A stretch of 46,442 nt of DNA from an uncultured Lentisphaeraceae bacterium (GTDB lineage Bacteria; Verrucomicrobiota; Kiritimatiellia; RFP12; UBA1067): assembly GCA_964557205.1 (NCBI GenBank), contig CAZKZI010000004.1, positions 1 through 46,442 of the forward strand, given 5' to 3'. Numbering within the stretch: position 1 is the first letter of the stretch; every line of letters starts with the position of its first letter. Shown here piece after piece: positions 38,772 through 46,442 of the stretch. A program made the position numbers and the translations under genes. Under the pieces are notes generated by a model. It was given only the letters and a program-made list of their open reading frames with translations, did not search any database and was not told where the DNA came from.

Positions 38772-41700
38772 ATGACACCATTTGACATATTGGTTGTGAC
38801 AGCGGCGAACGAAGCCCAGGCCAAAGGTTACCGCGAGCAATTGGCTTGGCGGCGCAGCATCGGCCTGCTCGCCCCGGCCACATGTTTTGAAGTGGTCGCC
38901 GATCCAGGCGGCAGGCGCGTAGGCTCGCTTGGCGCTACTCTGAACGTATTGGAAAAGTTGCGTTGCAAGCTCTCCGTCCGATCGGATCGAACCGCCTCCC
39001 CAAACGTCTTCGAAGGGCGTCGCATATTGATTTGTCACTCGGGCGGCGACAGCAGGCGAACGCCAGCCTACGCGGCGCAGGGCAAGGTGTTCACGCCTGT
39101 GCCTGCCGTAGTGGCAGACGGGGTGCCGGTGGCGCTTTTCGATTTGATTCTGAAAACGCTGCAAGAGATGCCGGCGCCTGATCACGGCCATGTGCTGGTG
39201 ACCTCGGGTGACGTGCTGTTGACCTTTGACTACGCTTCCGTCGATCTGTCGCGACCTGGCGTGACCGGGGTGGCCTATTTCGGGTCGGCCGAGCGCGGTT
39301 CACGCCACGGCGTGTATGTGCCCGAGGCGTTCACTGGCAGCCCTCTGCGCACCGAGTGTCTGAAGGTGGCGGATTTTCTTCAGAAGCCGTCGGAAGCCGA
39401 GGTGCGACGGTGCGGGGCGGCTGACCCGTTCGGGCATGTTGCGGTTGACACCGGCCTGCTCAGCTTCGATCCCGCCACATGTGTCAGGCTTTTGGATGCG
39501 GCCGCGCTGGCCGGTGGCCGCGACACCGGAGGAGTTTTGGGAGAAATGGCAAAAGGCCAGTGTCCGGCGATGGATCTTTATGAAGAGCTGACAATGGCTT
39601 TGGCACCGCGTTTCAACGAACAGCGTTTTGTCGATAGGGTATCCGCGACGCGAGGATCGGACAGCGGCCACAAGCGACGGATGCGGCGGTTCTATCGGGC
39701 AGTGCGCGACATTCCGTTTCAGGTCAACATTGTTCCTTATTGCGATTTTTTCCATATTGGCAGCAGTCGCGAGCTTTTGACGGGGTTTTCCAGCCTCTCC
39801 CGCACGGCGCGGCAGTATTGTTTCGCCAACGGCAGCGGTGCAAGTGTGGCCGGTGACGGCAACAGCGCCTTCATCTTCAACTCTTACGTCAAGTGTCCTG
39901 TGAAAGCCGTGAATGCCCTGATTGAAGGTGTTCACGCTGACCGTTGCCGCAAGGTGGAGTTGAAGGGAAAAAACATTTTGACCGGCCTGCCGCCGGAGGC
40001 GACAGTGCCGGTGCGTCTGGAAAAATGCTTGGGAATGGTCTGCCTGCCGGTCGGCAAAAACGGTTGGGCTGCGGTAGCTTATGGCTTGGATGATGATTTC
40101 AAGACGCCTTTCGGCGGTGATAAGCCTTGCCTGTTCCTCAACGCGCCGGTCAAGGAGTGGCTCGCAAGCAACAGGATCAGTCCCACGCGGTTGTGGAGGG
40201 GTGACGCGGAGCACGGGATGTGGCGCGCGCGGTTGTGGCGTGTCGGACCGATTGATGAGGTGGTTGGGGAGGCTGTGGCGCTGGCTCGGGGTGCGGGTTT
40301 TGCTGCGGGCGGGCGCGGGCGGCGCTACAGCATGGCGGATCTGGTGCCCATGGTTGATCACAACAGGCTTTTGGCGCTGCGCCAGGAGATTCGCCGCCAG
40401 GTCAACCTGTTTAAGGTGGCGGAACGCATTGTGGCGGATGACACTTTGCCGTCGCGTTTGGTCTGTGAAGACATCAAAAGCAGGCAAGACGCGGTCAAGA
40501 CATTGCGCCGCCTTACCGGACTTTTGGAAGACGAGGCGCTGCGCCAGCCGCTATTGCGGGCGCGCGTTTTGCGTTTGATGGCTATGATACAGTCAAAGTT
40601 CAAAAGCGTCGGCAAAGACAGTCAGGATGCGTTGACCGGTGCGTTCGCCGCAGTGGCCGAGGCTGTGGCGATGAGTTTCGAGCCGCATGACAGGCCACGT
40701 AAATCCGCCATTCTGCACGATCAGGTGGTTTGGGTGACCACCCCCGTGCGGATTGACTTCGATGGCGGCTGGTCGGACACGCCGCCGATATGCACGGAAC
40801 GAGGCGGCACGGTGCTGAACGCGGCAGTGACCCTAAACGGACTTTATCCGATCCAAGTTATGGCCAAGTTGAACACTTGTGGCTGTATCAGGCTGTCGAG
40901 CATTGACTTGGGTGAACGCAAAGAGATCAGGACCACGGCCGAGTTGCTTGACCACCGCGATCCGCATGACTGGTCGGCTCTGGCAAAGGCAGCTTTGATC
41001 TTGGCAGGCATCGGACCCTCACGCGCTTCTGCACCATTGTCCCAGTGGCTGCGTGTGCTGGGCGGGGGGCTGGACTTGACCATTTTTTCGGCGCTGCCAA
41101 AAGGTTCAGGCATGGGCACCAGTTCAATTTTGGGCGCGGCGGTGATCGCCTGCCTTGACCGTGTGCTCGGTGTGCCTTTCAACGCCGACCGGCTGATACG
41201 CATGGCCTCGATTCTGGAACAGCGCATGTGTACCGGCGGCGGTTGGCAGGACCAGGCCGGGGGCATCATGCCTGGTGTCAAACTGATCCAGACCCAGCCG
41301 GGACAAGACCAGACGGTGTCTTTGCGCTGGACGGTGTTTGACATGACTGAAGGTAGTGAGCTGAAACGCCGCAGTCTGTTGTATTTCACCGGACAGAAAC
41401 GCATGGCGCGAAACATTCTGCATAATGTCGTCGCGTCTTATCTTGCGCGCGACCCGCTGATTCTGCGGACACTGGAGGAACTCAAGGTTTCAGCGCTACA
41501 AACCAAGGAGGCTCTGGACGCTCGTGACATAGATGGTTTCGCGCGGGGCATAGACCGCTACTGGGAACTGAAAAAACGGATCGACCCGGGTTCAACCAAT
41601 CCGCTGATAGAAGCGCTGCTGAAAACTGCTAAACCTTACACACAGGCAGCTTTGCTGCCCGGCGCCGGCGGCGGCGGGTTCATTTTTATGATCGCAAAGA

Positions 41701-41816
41701 GCGCGGCTGACGCGGAGCGCATACGGCGTGTTTTTGAGGCTAAGCCGTTAAATTCCTACGCGCGGTTCTTCGACTTTGACATCGACCAAAATGGTCTTAC
41801 CGTCACCGTGTTGTGA
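38772..41816 (+). CDS. fkp: Bifunctional L-fucokinase / GDP-L-fucose pyrophosphorylase
   Basis: DPGGRRVGS.GATL, HSGGDSRR..Y...GKVF, HGVY, FLQKPS, FFHIGSS; GHMP kinase motifs PVRID..GGWSDTPP, PKGSGMGTSS, GGGWQDQ, GAGGGGF. Confidence 0.88.
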   Translation: MTPFDILVVTAANEAQAKGYREQLAWRRSIGLLAPATCFEVVADPGGRRVGSLGATLNVLEKLRCKLSVRSDRTASPNVFEGRRILICHSGGDSRRTPAYAAQGKVFTPVPAVVADGVPVALFDLILKTLQEMPAPDHGHVLVTSGDVLLTFDYASVDLSRPGVTGVAYFGSAERGSRHGVYVPEAFTGSPLRTECLKVADFLQKPSEAEVRRCGAADPFGHVAVDTGLLSFDPATCVRLLDAAALAGGRDTGGVLGEMAKGQCPAMDLYEELTMALAPRFNEQRFVDRVSATRGSDSGHKRRMRRFYRAVRDIPFQVNIVPYCDFFHIGSSRELLTGFSSLSRTARQYCFANGSGASVAGDGNSAFIFNSYVKCPVKAVNALIEGVHADRCRKVELKGKNILTGLPPEATVPVRLEKCLGMVCLPVGKNGWAAVAYGLDDDFKTPFGGDKPCLFLNAPVKEWLASNRISPTRLWRGDAEHGMWRARLWRVGPIDEVVGEAVALARGAGFAAGGRGRRYSMADLVPMVDHNRLLALRQEIRRQVNLFKVAERIVADDTLPSRLVCEDIKSRQDAVKTLRRLTGLLEDEALRQPLLRARVLRLMAMIQSKFKSVGKDSQDALTGAFAAVAEAVAMSFEPHDRPRKSAILHDQVVWVTTPVRIDFDGGWSDTPPICTERGGTVLNAAVTLNGLYPIQVMAKLNTCGCIRLSSIDLGERKEIRTTAELLDHRDPHDWSALAKAALILAGIGPSRASAPLSQWLRVLGGGLDLTIFSALPKGSGMGTSSILGAAVIACLDRVLGVPFNADRLIRMASILEQRMCTGGGWQDQAGGIMPGVKLIQTQPGQDQTVSLRWTVFDMTEGSELKRRSLLYFTGQKRMARNILHNVVASYLARDPLILRTLEELKVSALQTKEALDARDIDGFARGIDRYWELKKRIDPGSTNPLIEALLKTAKPYTQAALLPGAGGGGFIFMIAKSAADAERIRRVFEAKPLNSYARFFDFDIDQNGLTVTVL

Positions 41817-41866
41817 TTCTCGGCGCCTTCTTGTAAAACGTTGCGCAAGATGTGTATACTATCCGC

Positions 41867-42613
41867 ATGAAACCGAAAACAATGCAGAAACAGTTTCTTT
41901 CGCAAATAGGCAACCTGACACCTTTCCACCTTCTGATTGACCTTTTGCCTGACGTGAGTTTCTTCATGAAGGACAGCGGAGGACGTTTCATGCTGAACAA
42001 CTTGCGAGCTTGCGAGTTCTGCAACGCGAACAACGAAATCGAAACCATTGGCAAAACGGATTACGATTTCTTCTCAAAAGACCGCGCCGATTTTTATGTG
42101 CGTGGAGACCAGTCGGTCATGCAGAGCGGAGTGCCGGTCATTAACGAGATCGCGCCTGCGCCGGAACATTCTGACCGTCTCATGGTACACAGCAAATTTG
42201 CTGTTTACGATAAGAAGGGCAAGCCGATAGGGGTGGTAGGTTTCTACCGCATTATTGACGAGCTGCGTGACACTCCGCGCTGGCATGGGCGTTTTTCCGA
42301 AGTCATGGACCAGATACATTCGCATTACGGTGAGAGTCTCGACATCAAGCGGCTGGCGAAGCTGGCGGGTGTGTCACAGAGCCAGTTCGAACGACGTTTC
42401 AACCGGATATTCGGGACCACGCCTATTGAATATCTTTTGAGAGTACGCATCGCCGCAGCGCGAACCATGCTGGAGAACACTGACCGGACCATCGCGGACA
42501 TCGCGTGCGAGACCGGGTTCTACGATCACAGTCACTTTACACGCACGTTCAAAAAGATTGTCGGCATATCGCCGGGCAAATACCGCAAGAACCATTTGGA
42601 AGTCGGCATGTGA
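41867..42613 (+). CDS. AraC-family regulator with N-terminal PAS-like domain
   Basis: DVSFFMKD..GRFM, IGKTDYDFF; C-terminal double HTH with IA.ETGFYDHSHFTRTFK. Confidence 0.9.
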   Translation: MKPKTMQKQFLSQIGNLTPFHLLIDLLPDVSFFMKDSGGRFMLNNLRACEFCNANNEIETIGKTDYDFFSKDRADFYVRGDQSVMQSGVPVINEIAPAPEHSDRLMVHSKFAVYDKKGKPIGVVGFYRIIDELRDTPRWHGRFSEVMDQIHSHYGESLDIKRLAKLAGVSQSQFERRFNRIFGTTPIEYLLRVRIAAARTMLENTDRTIADIACETGFYDHSHFTRTFKKIVGISPGKYRKNHLEVGM

Positions 42614-42630
42614 CCGGCAAAGGGCGGCTT

Positions 42631-45600
42631 TCACTCAGAGGCGCGCATGGGGTCGGCATAAAGCCCGATCGCTTCAAGGCGCAGCGGTTGGAAAGCTGAG
42701 TTCAAGGTGATCGCTTCGATGTCGGGCAATTCATCAAAGGTCTGGTTGTCCCAGGCATCGGTGTTCTGGGGGTTTTTATGCAGCACGTTTTCAACTCCGA
42801 CAAACAGGTTGCGCCATACGCTGTTAATATCGGCTTTGCTGGCCAAATGGGCCAATTCAGGATAACGTTTACTGTAGGGCGGCAATCGGACGTTCACGTT
42901 TGTGAGCGTCATATAAGCGACTCTCTCACTCTTTAAATACTGTTCCCACCGGTTTTGTCCCCAAGGAGAAAAACTTATGCCGTGGCGGCAATCCACAAAA
43001 AGATTGTTATCGATTGTATTGTGGTGACCGCCGTGTATCTGCACCGCCCCGAAATTGCCGTTGGAGGTCCGCTCGAAAAGATTGCCGTAAACCAGCATGC
43101 CGCTGATGGCGTCGTCAAAGCGGATGGCTGCCTGTCCGCAAGGCGTGTGGTCTCCTCCTCCTATGTCGCGCCAGTGGTTGAAGCGGATCACCACTCCGCG
43201 ATATGAAGGGTCGCCATACATGTCAATGCCGCCCTGGTCGTCCGATTCCCGCACGACACGCTCGACAAGATTATACTCGACGAGGTGATCGTTGCCGCCG
43301 ATGATCATGGCACTGGATGGTCCCCTGTGAAAATGGTTGTGGGCCACGCGGGCGCCGCAACCTTCGAAATGCAGGGCCGGGTTATAGGTCCGTGAGCAGC
43401 GTCCGAAACGGTTGATGTTGTTGTTTTCGATGACCATCTGTCCGGATGTGAGATTCTTGCGGTTGCCGCCGCTGACGCGTATGCCGGTATGGCCGAGAGT
43501 GTGCATGATGTTGCCGTAGACCCGCAGGTTGGCACTCTGCAGGGCGGACAAGGCGGTGCCTCCGAAACGGCGTATGACATTGCCGGAGACAACAGTGTTG
43601 ACGCAACGCTCCAGCGTTATGCCGTGCTGTTGGCCATTTTGCAAAGTCAGGCCGTGGATCATCAGTTCACGCGTACCGGAGGCTATGATGAAAGGCTGGT
43701 GAAAACGGGATAGCGTTATCTCGCTGAACCAGGGGTGTTTCAAAGGCCACACGTATAAAATGCCGCTGTCGCGGTCTAAAAACCATTCACCGGGAGAATC
43801 CAGTTCTTCCAGAAGATTCAGCACATAGAAAGGTCGGTCAGCCTTAATTCCGTAATTACCCGGCTTTTCCTTGAGAGTCAAGGTGCCCGTCGCAGTGTCA
43901 GCCACGGCCGGGACGGTGCAGTGGGCCCACAGGTGGCACCAGTGGCCGCTGGCCAGCATGTCCTTGGCCTGTCCCCATCCGCTTATGCGCTTGCCGGAGC
44001 ATTCGAAGGTCAGGTTGGTGGGGTCGGTGACGCTGCCGGTCATTATTGTGCCGGTATTCGGCCAGCGCGCGGGCTGCAGCGGGATGCCGTCCTGATAGAG
44101 TTCCCTGACAATTTGGTTCATGATTCCGAAGCCGTAACCCTTAGGCGCTGATGACACGTCGTAGCCCTGAGCCTTGACATCAGCAGCGTAAACCTTGCCT
44201 CTTGCAGAAGGCGGCAAACGTTTAAGGGTGGCAGGGTTCTTGAGCTTCCTGAACCCTCTGACTCTGAAACCGCCGTCCAGCACTGGCTTCTCGCTATTCC
44301 ACGCGCGGTACACGACAGGTGCTCCGAAGTTTCCGGAGTCGATATCGGTCAGCGTGAAGGTTTTTTTGACATCGTACACGCCGCCGCGCAGGTACACGGC
44401 CGCGCTGCCTACGGGAAGTGTGCCACGGGTCTTTTGCGCACGGATAGCGTCGCGTGCCCGTTCAAGCGTTGCGAAAGGACTTTCTAACGATCCGTCGTTA
44501 TTATCTTTGCCATTTGGCGCGACGAAATAAACCACAGCCGGATCAGGCGGAATCCTCAGTCGCTGGCGGCTGGCTTCGGGATCATAAGCCGGCTTGCCGC
44601 CGGCGCGGGCGACACACTCCAAAGCACGCTGTTCAGCCTCCGCGCGCAAGTGGGCCGGGGTGTTGGTTATGGCCGCGGCTGAACGCAAGGCCTTCAGTGC
44701 GCCGTCAGGGTCGTTGTCGCGCACCCACATGTTTGCCAGAAACAAAGCGGCCATGCAGCGTGTGTGCGGCTGCAGAAGCGGGTTATCGCGTATTATGGCG
44801 GCTTGCGCGCGTGCGTCTGCCAAACGGTTTGCCGCGCATAGCGCGTGGGCAAACCGCATTCGCACCGCCGCTTCGCCCTGCGGCTCTCCGTCGAATTCAA
44901 GCAGTCGGTTAAATACGTTAACAGCCATGTCGCATTTATCCTCGCGGAGGTAGGCTTCCGCCAAGGCCAGTCCGAAGAAACGCTGTTCCTCCGCATCCAT
45001 TTCAATATGCTCGGGTATGCGTTCCAGCACAAAGCTGCAAAGGGTTCCGCCTTCTTTGGCCGCTTTGATTAGAAACCCGACGGCATGTCCGCGCAGATGT
45101 TCAAGAACGTCATGGTTTTGAAAGAGCGCTGTGCATGTCTGGATGTCAGCGTTTTTAAGTGCGGGCTTGGTGTCCAGGCCGACGGCCGACAAAGCTGCCC
45201 AGTTCCGCCAGGCGGGTGGGGCATCCGGATGGATTACAAGGCTCTGCAAGCACTTGCGAGCCTTTGCGCCTTTGTCCGTCAGCAGTCGCGCTGACTGCAT
45301 TTCGTTTATGATCGCGCGCAACGTGGTGTTCAACGGCACTCCGGGCATAGACAAGGCTGCGATTTCATCCGGCGGCAGGGCCCGGCCAAACGTGACCAGT
45401 TCATCGACGGCCATCCTTAATGACCCTACGCCGTGATCCGCGAAGCCAAGTCGCAGGGGACTTTTGGGCTGTGTGAAACCGCCTTCGTAAGCTTTTGCGG
45501 TTGACAGCATGCCGTTGATGTAAATTCGGAGGAAAGAGCCGTCCCAGGTGGCAGCCAGATGGTTCCATAAACCGGCGTTAAGAATGTCGGTGGCGCGCAC

Positions 45601-46104
45601 GGAGAACGCCCCGTTTGTTCCGCCGATCTCGATCGCGGGCTGACGGGTCGACCAGTTGTCAACAGCCATACGCCAGCCGTCGTAATAGCCGCTGCCATTA
45701 CAGACGATCATGCCGTTGGCCCGGCCGCTGTTGCCGGTTTGTGCGCCCATGCCGCGTGGGCGCAGCCAGAGTGCGCCCGTGAATGCATTTGCAGTGAATT
45801 CCAAGGCGTCGGTCGTGAAGCTCTCGCTGTCCAACAAGACTGCCGTCATGCCCGCAACACGCCCGGTTTCGCACTGCAAAACGGTGGTTTTGCCGCCGAC
45901 CTTGAATTTCATCTCGTAGGGCGATCCAGCCATGTCCGGCTGGGTTTCCAGATTATTCTTGAACGAGTAGAAACGCGTCAGGCCGGGCATCAGTTTGATC
46001 GTCTCGGTGTGGGCTTGCCATGCCTGGGCAGCAACCTGCCGAGCCTCGGCCGGCATCAAACAGACCGCCATTAAGAACGTCGCCGCAATCATCATCTTTC
46101 GCAT
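42631..46104 (-). CDS. Secreted LamG/ConA + TPR-like + right-handed beta-helix protein (GH141-like)
   Basis: Signal peptide; WNHLAATWDG..LRIYING; helical repeats; YFVAPNGKDNNDGS...PFATLERARDAIR, LRGGVY, ARWPN, ESDDQGGID. Confidence 0.75.
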   Translation of the reverse strand: MRKMMIAATFLMAVCLMPAEARQVAAQAWQAHTETIKLMPGLTRFYSFKNNLETQPDMAGSPYEMKFKVGGKTTVLQCETGRVAGMTAVLLDSESFTTDALEFTANAFTGALWLRPRGMGAQTGNSGRANGMIVCNGSGYYDGWRMAVDNWSTRQPAIEIGGTNGAFSVRATDILNAGLWNHLAATWDGSFLRIYINGMLSTAKAYEGGFTQPKSPLRLGFADHGVGSLRMAVDELVTFGRALPPDEIAALSMPGVPLNTTLRAIINEMQSARLLTDKGAKARKCLQSLVIHPDAPPAWRNWAALSAVGLDTKPALKNADIQTCTALFQNHDVLEHLRGHAVGFLIKAAKEGGTLCSFVLERIPEHIEMDAEEQRFFGLALAEAYLREDKCDMAVNVFNRLLEFDGEPQGEAAVRMRFAHALCAANRLADARAQAAIIRDNPLLQPHTRCMAALFLANMWVRDNDPDGALKALRSAAAITNTPAHLRAEAEQRALECVARAGGKPAYDPEASRQRLRIPPDPAVVYFVAPNGKDNNDGSLESPFATLERARDAIRAQKTRGTLPVGSAAVYLRGGVYDVKKTFTLTDIDSGNFGAPVVYRAWNSEKPVLDGGFRVRGFRKLKNPATLKRLPPSARGKVYAADVKAQGYDVSSAPKGYGFGIMNQIVRELYQDGIPLQPARWPNTGTIMTGSVTDPTNLTFECSGKRISGWGQAKDMLASGHWCHLWAHCTVPAVADTATGTLTLKEKPGNYGIKADRPFYVLNLLEELDSPGEWFLDRDSGILYVWPLKHPWFSEITLSRFHQPFIIASGTRELMIHGLTLQNGQQHGITLERCVNTVVSGNVIRRFGGTALSALQSANLRVYGNIMHTLGHTGIRVSGGNRKNLTSGQMVIENNNINRFGRCSRTYNPALHFEGCGARVAHNHFHRGPSSAMIIGGNDHLVEYNLVERVVRESDDQGGIDMYGDPSYRGVVIRFNHWRDIGGGDHTPCGQAAIRFDDAISGMLVYGNLFERTSNGNFGAVQIHGGHHNTIDNNLFVDCRHGISFSPWGQNRWEQYLKSERVAYMTLTNVNVRLPPYSKRYPELAHLASKADINSVWRNLFVGVENVLHKNPQNTDAWDNQTFDELPDIEAITLNSAFQPLRLEAIGLYADPMRASE

Positions 46105-46368
46105 CGCACTTCCCCCGTCGAGTTGATTGATTTTTTAATAGCACAAGGCATCATAAGAAGCAATCTGAATTCTGCGTGTGCTTCAACTATTATGAAACGT
46201 TCACCCAATCGTCTTGCGCGGGCACGGTAAACTCGCTACATTAAAAAAGAAATTGATCGGTTAAGATCATCGCGCATCATCATGTGATGAGCTGGAGAGA
46301 TCGCTCATTCACTTATTGGCGGAAGCCGCGCCTGAGCCTTGGCGTGTGTGTTCCGAGAAAGACGAAGA

Positions 46369-46442
46369 ATGAGGAAGTGCCCATTTTGTGGGTCACCTGT
46401 CAAAGTAAATGCTTCTAAAAGCGGGTCATCATGGCGCATAGG
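46369..46442 (+). CDS. Possible start of a zinc-ribbon-containing protein, truncated by the window end
   Basis: ATG 46369 reads MRKCPFCGSPVKVNASKSGSSWRI, open to the end of the window. Confidence 0.3.
   Translation, partial: MRKCPFCGSPVKVNASKSGSSWRI

Noticed and set aside
39300-40487. 395-aa antisense ORF
   Set aside because: Shadow of fkp
1-46442. Defence system, prophage, transposase or integrase
   Set aside because: No ORF with nuclease, recombinase, RT or phage structural motifs was recognised

Overview
About 46 kb of bacterial chromosome, most likely PVC superphylum (Kiritimatiellota/Lentisphaerota-like). That placement is inferred from gene content (Kdo/Lpt genes, HprK-HPr-EI without EII, PAS-AraC, DUF4838-like, PL10 and GH141-like proteins) and was not tested. 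It is mostly housekeeping: PRTase, prepilin peptidase, MBL hydrolase-birA-methyltransferase-TPR, ilvD, two EF-P paralogues (Arg-type EfpL and Lys-type EF-P), cobO, an FMN-riboswitch-led ribBA-ribH-nusB-ribD-ribE operon, and kdsB-kdsA-lptCAB-hpf-hprK-ptsH-ptsI. A carbohydrate region follows: ROK regulator, SDR, split transketolase, SDR, DUF4838-like protein, fucokinase/GDP-fucose pyrophosphorylase, PAS-AraC and a LamG/TPR/beta-helix enzyme. No rRNA, tRNA, CRISPR, transposase or integrase was recognised. Best leads: (i) an unassigned ~103-nt structured RNA with its own sigma70 promoter at 31657-31759; (ii) a kinase-less, isomerase-less SDR/split-transketolase catabolic cassette directly after it; (iii) a GT4 glycosyltransferase directly upstream of an Arg-tipped EF-P paralogue, reminiscent of earP-efp; (iv) degenerate SLH motifs in a secreted protein of a diderm; (v) REP-like/MITE-like repeat mosaics; (vi) several apparently leaderless genes. 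All calls were made by eye from motifs, with no database searches.
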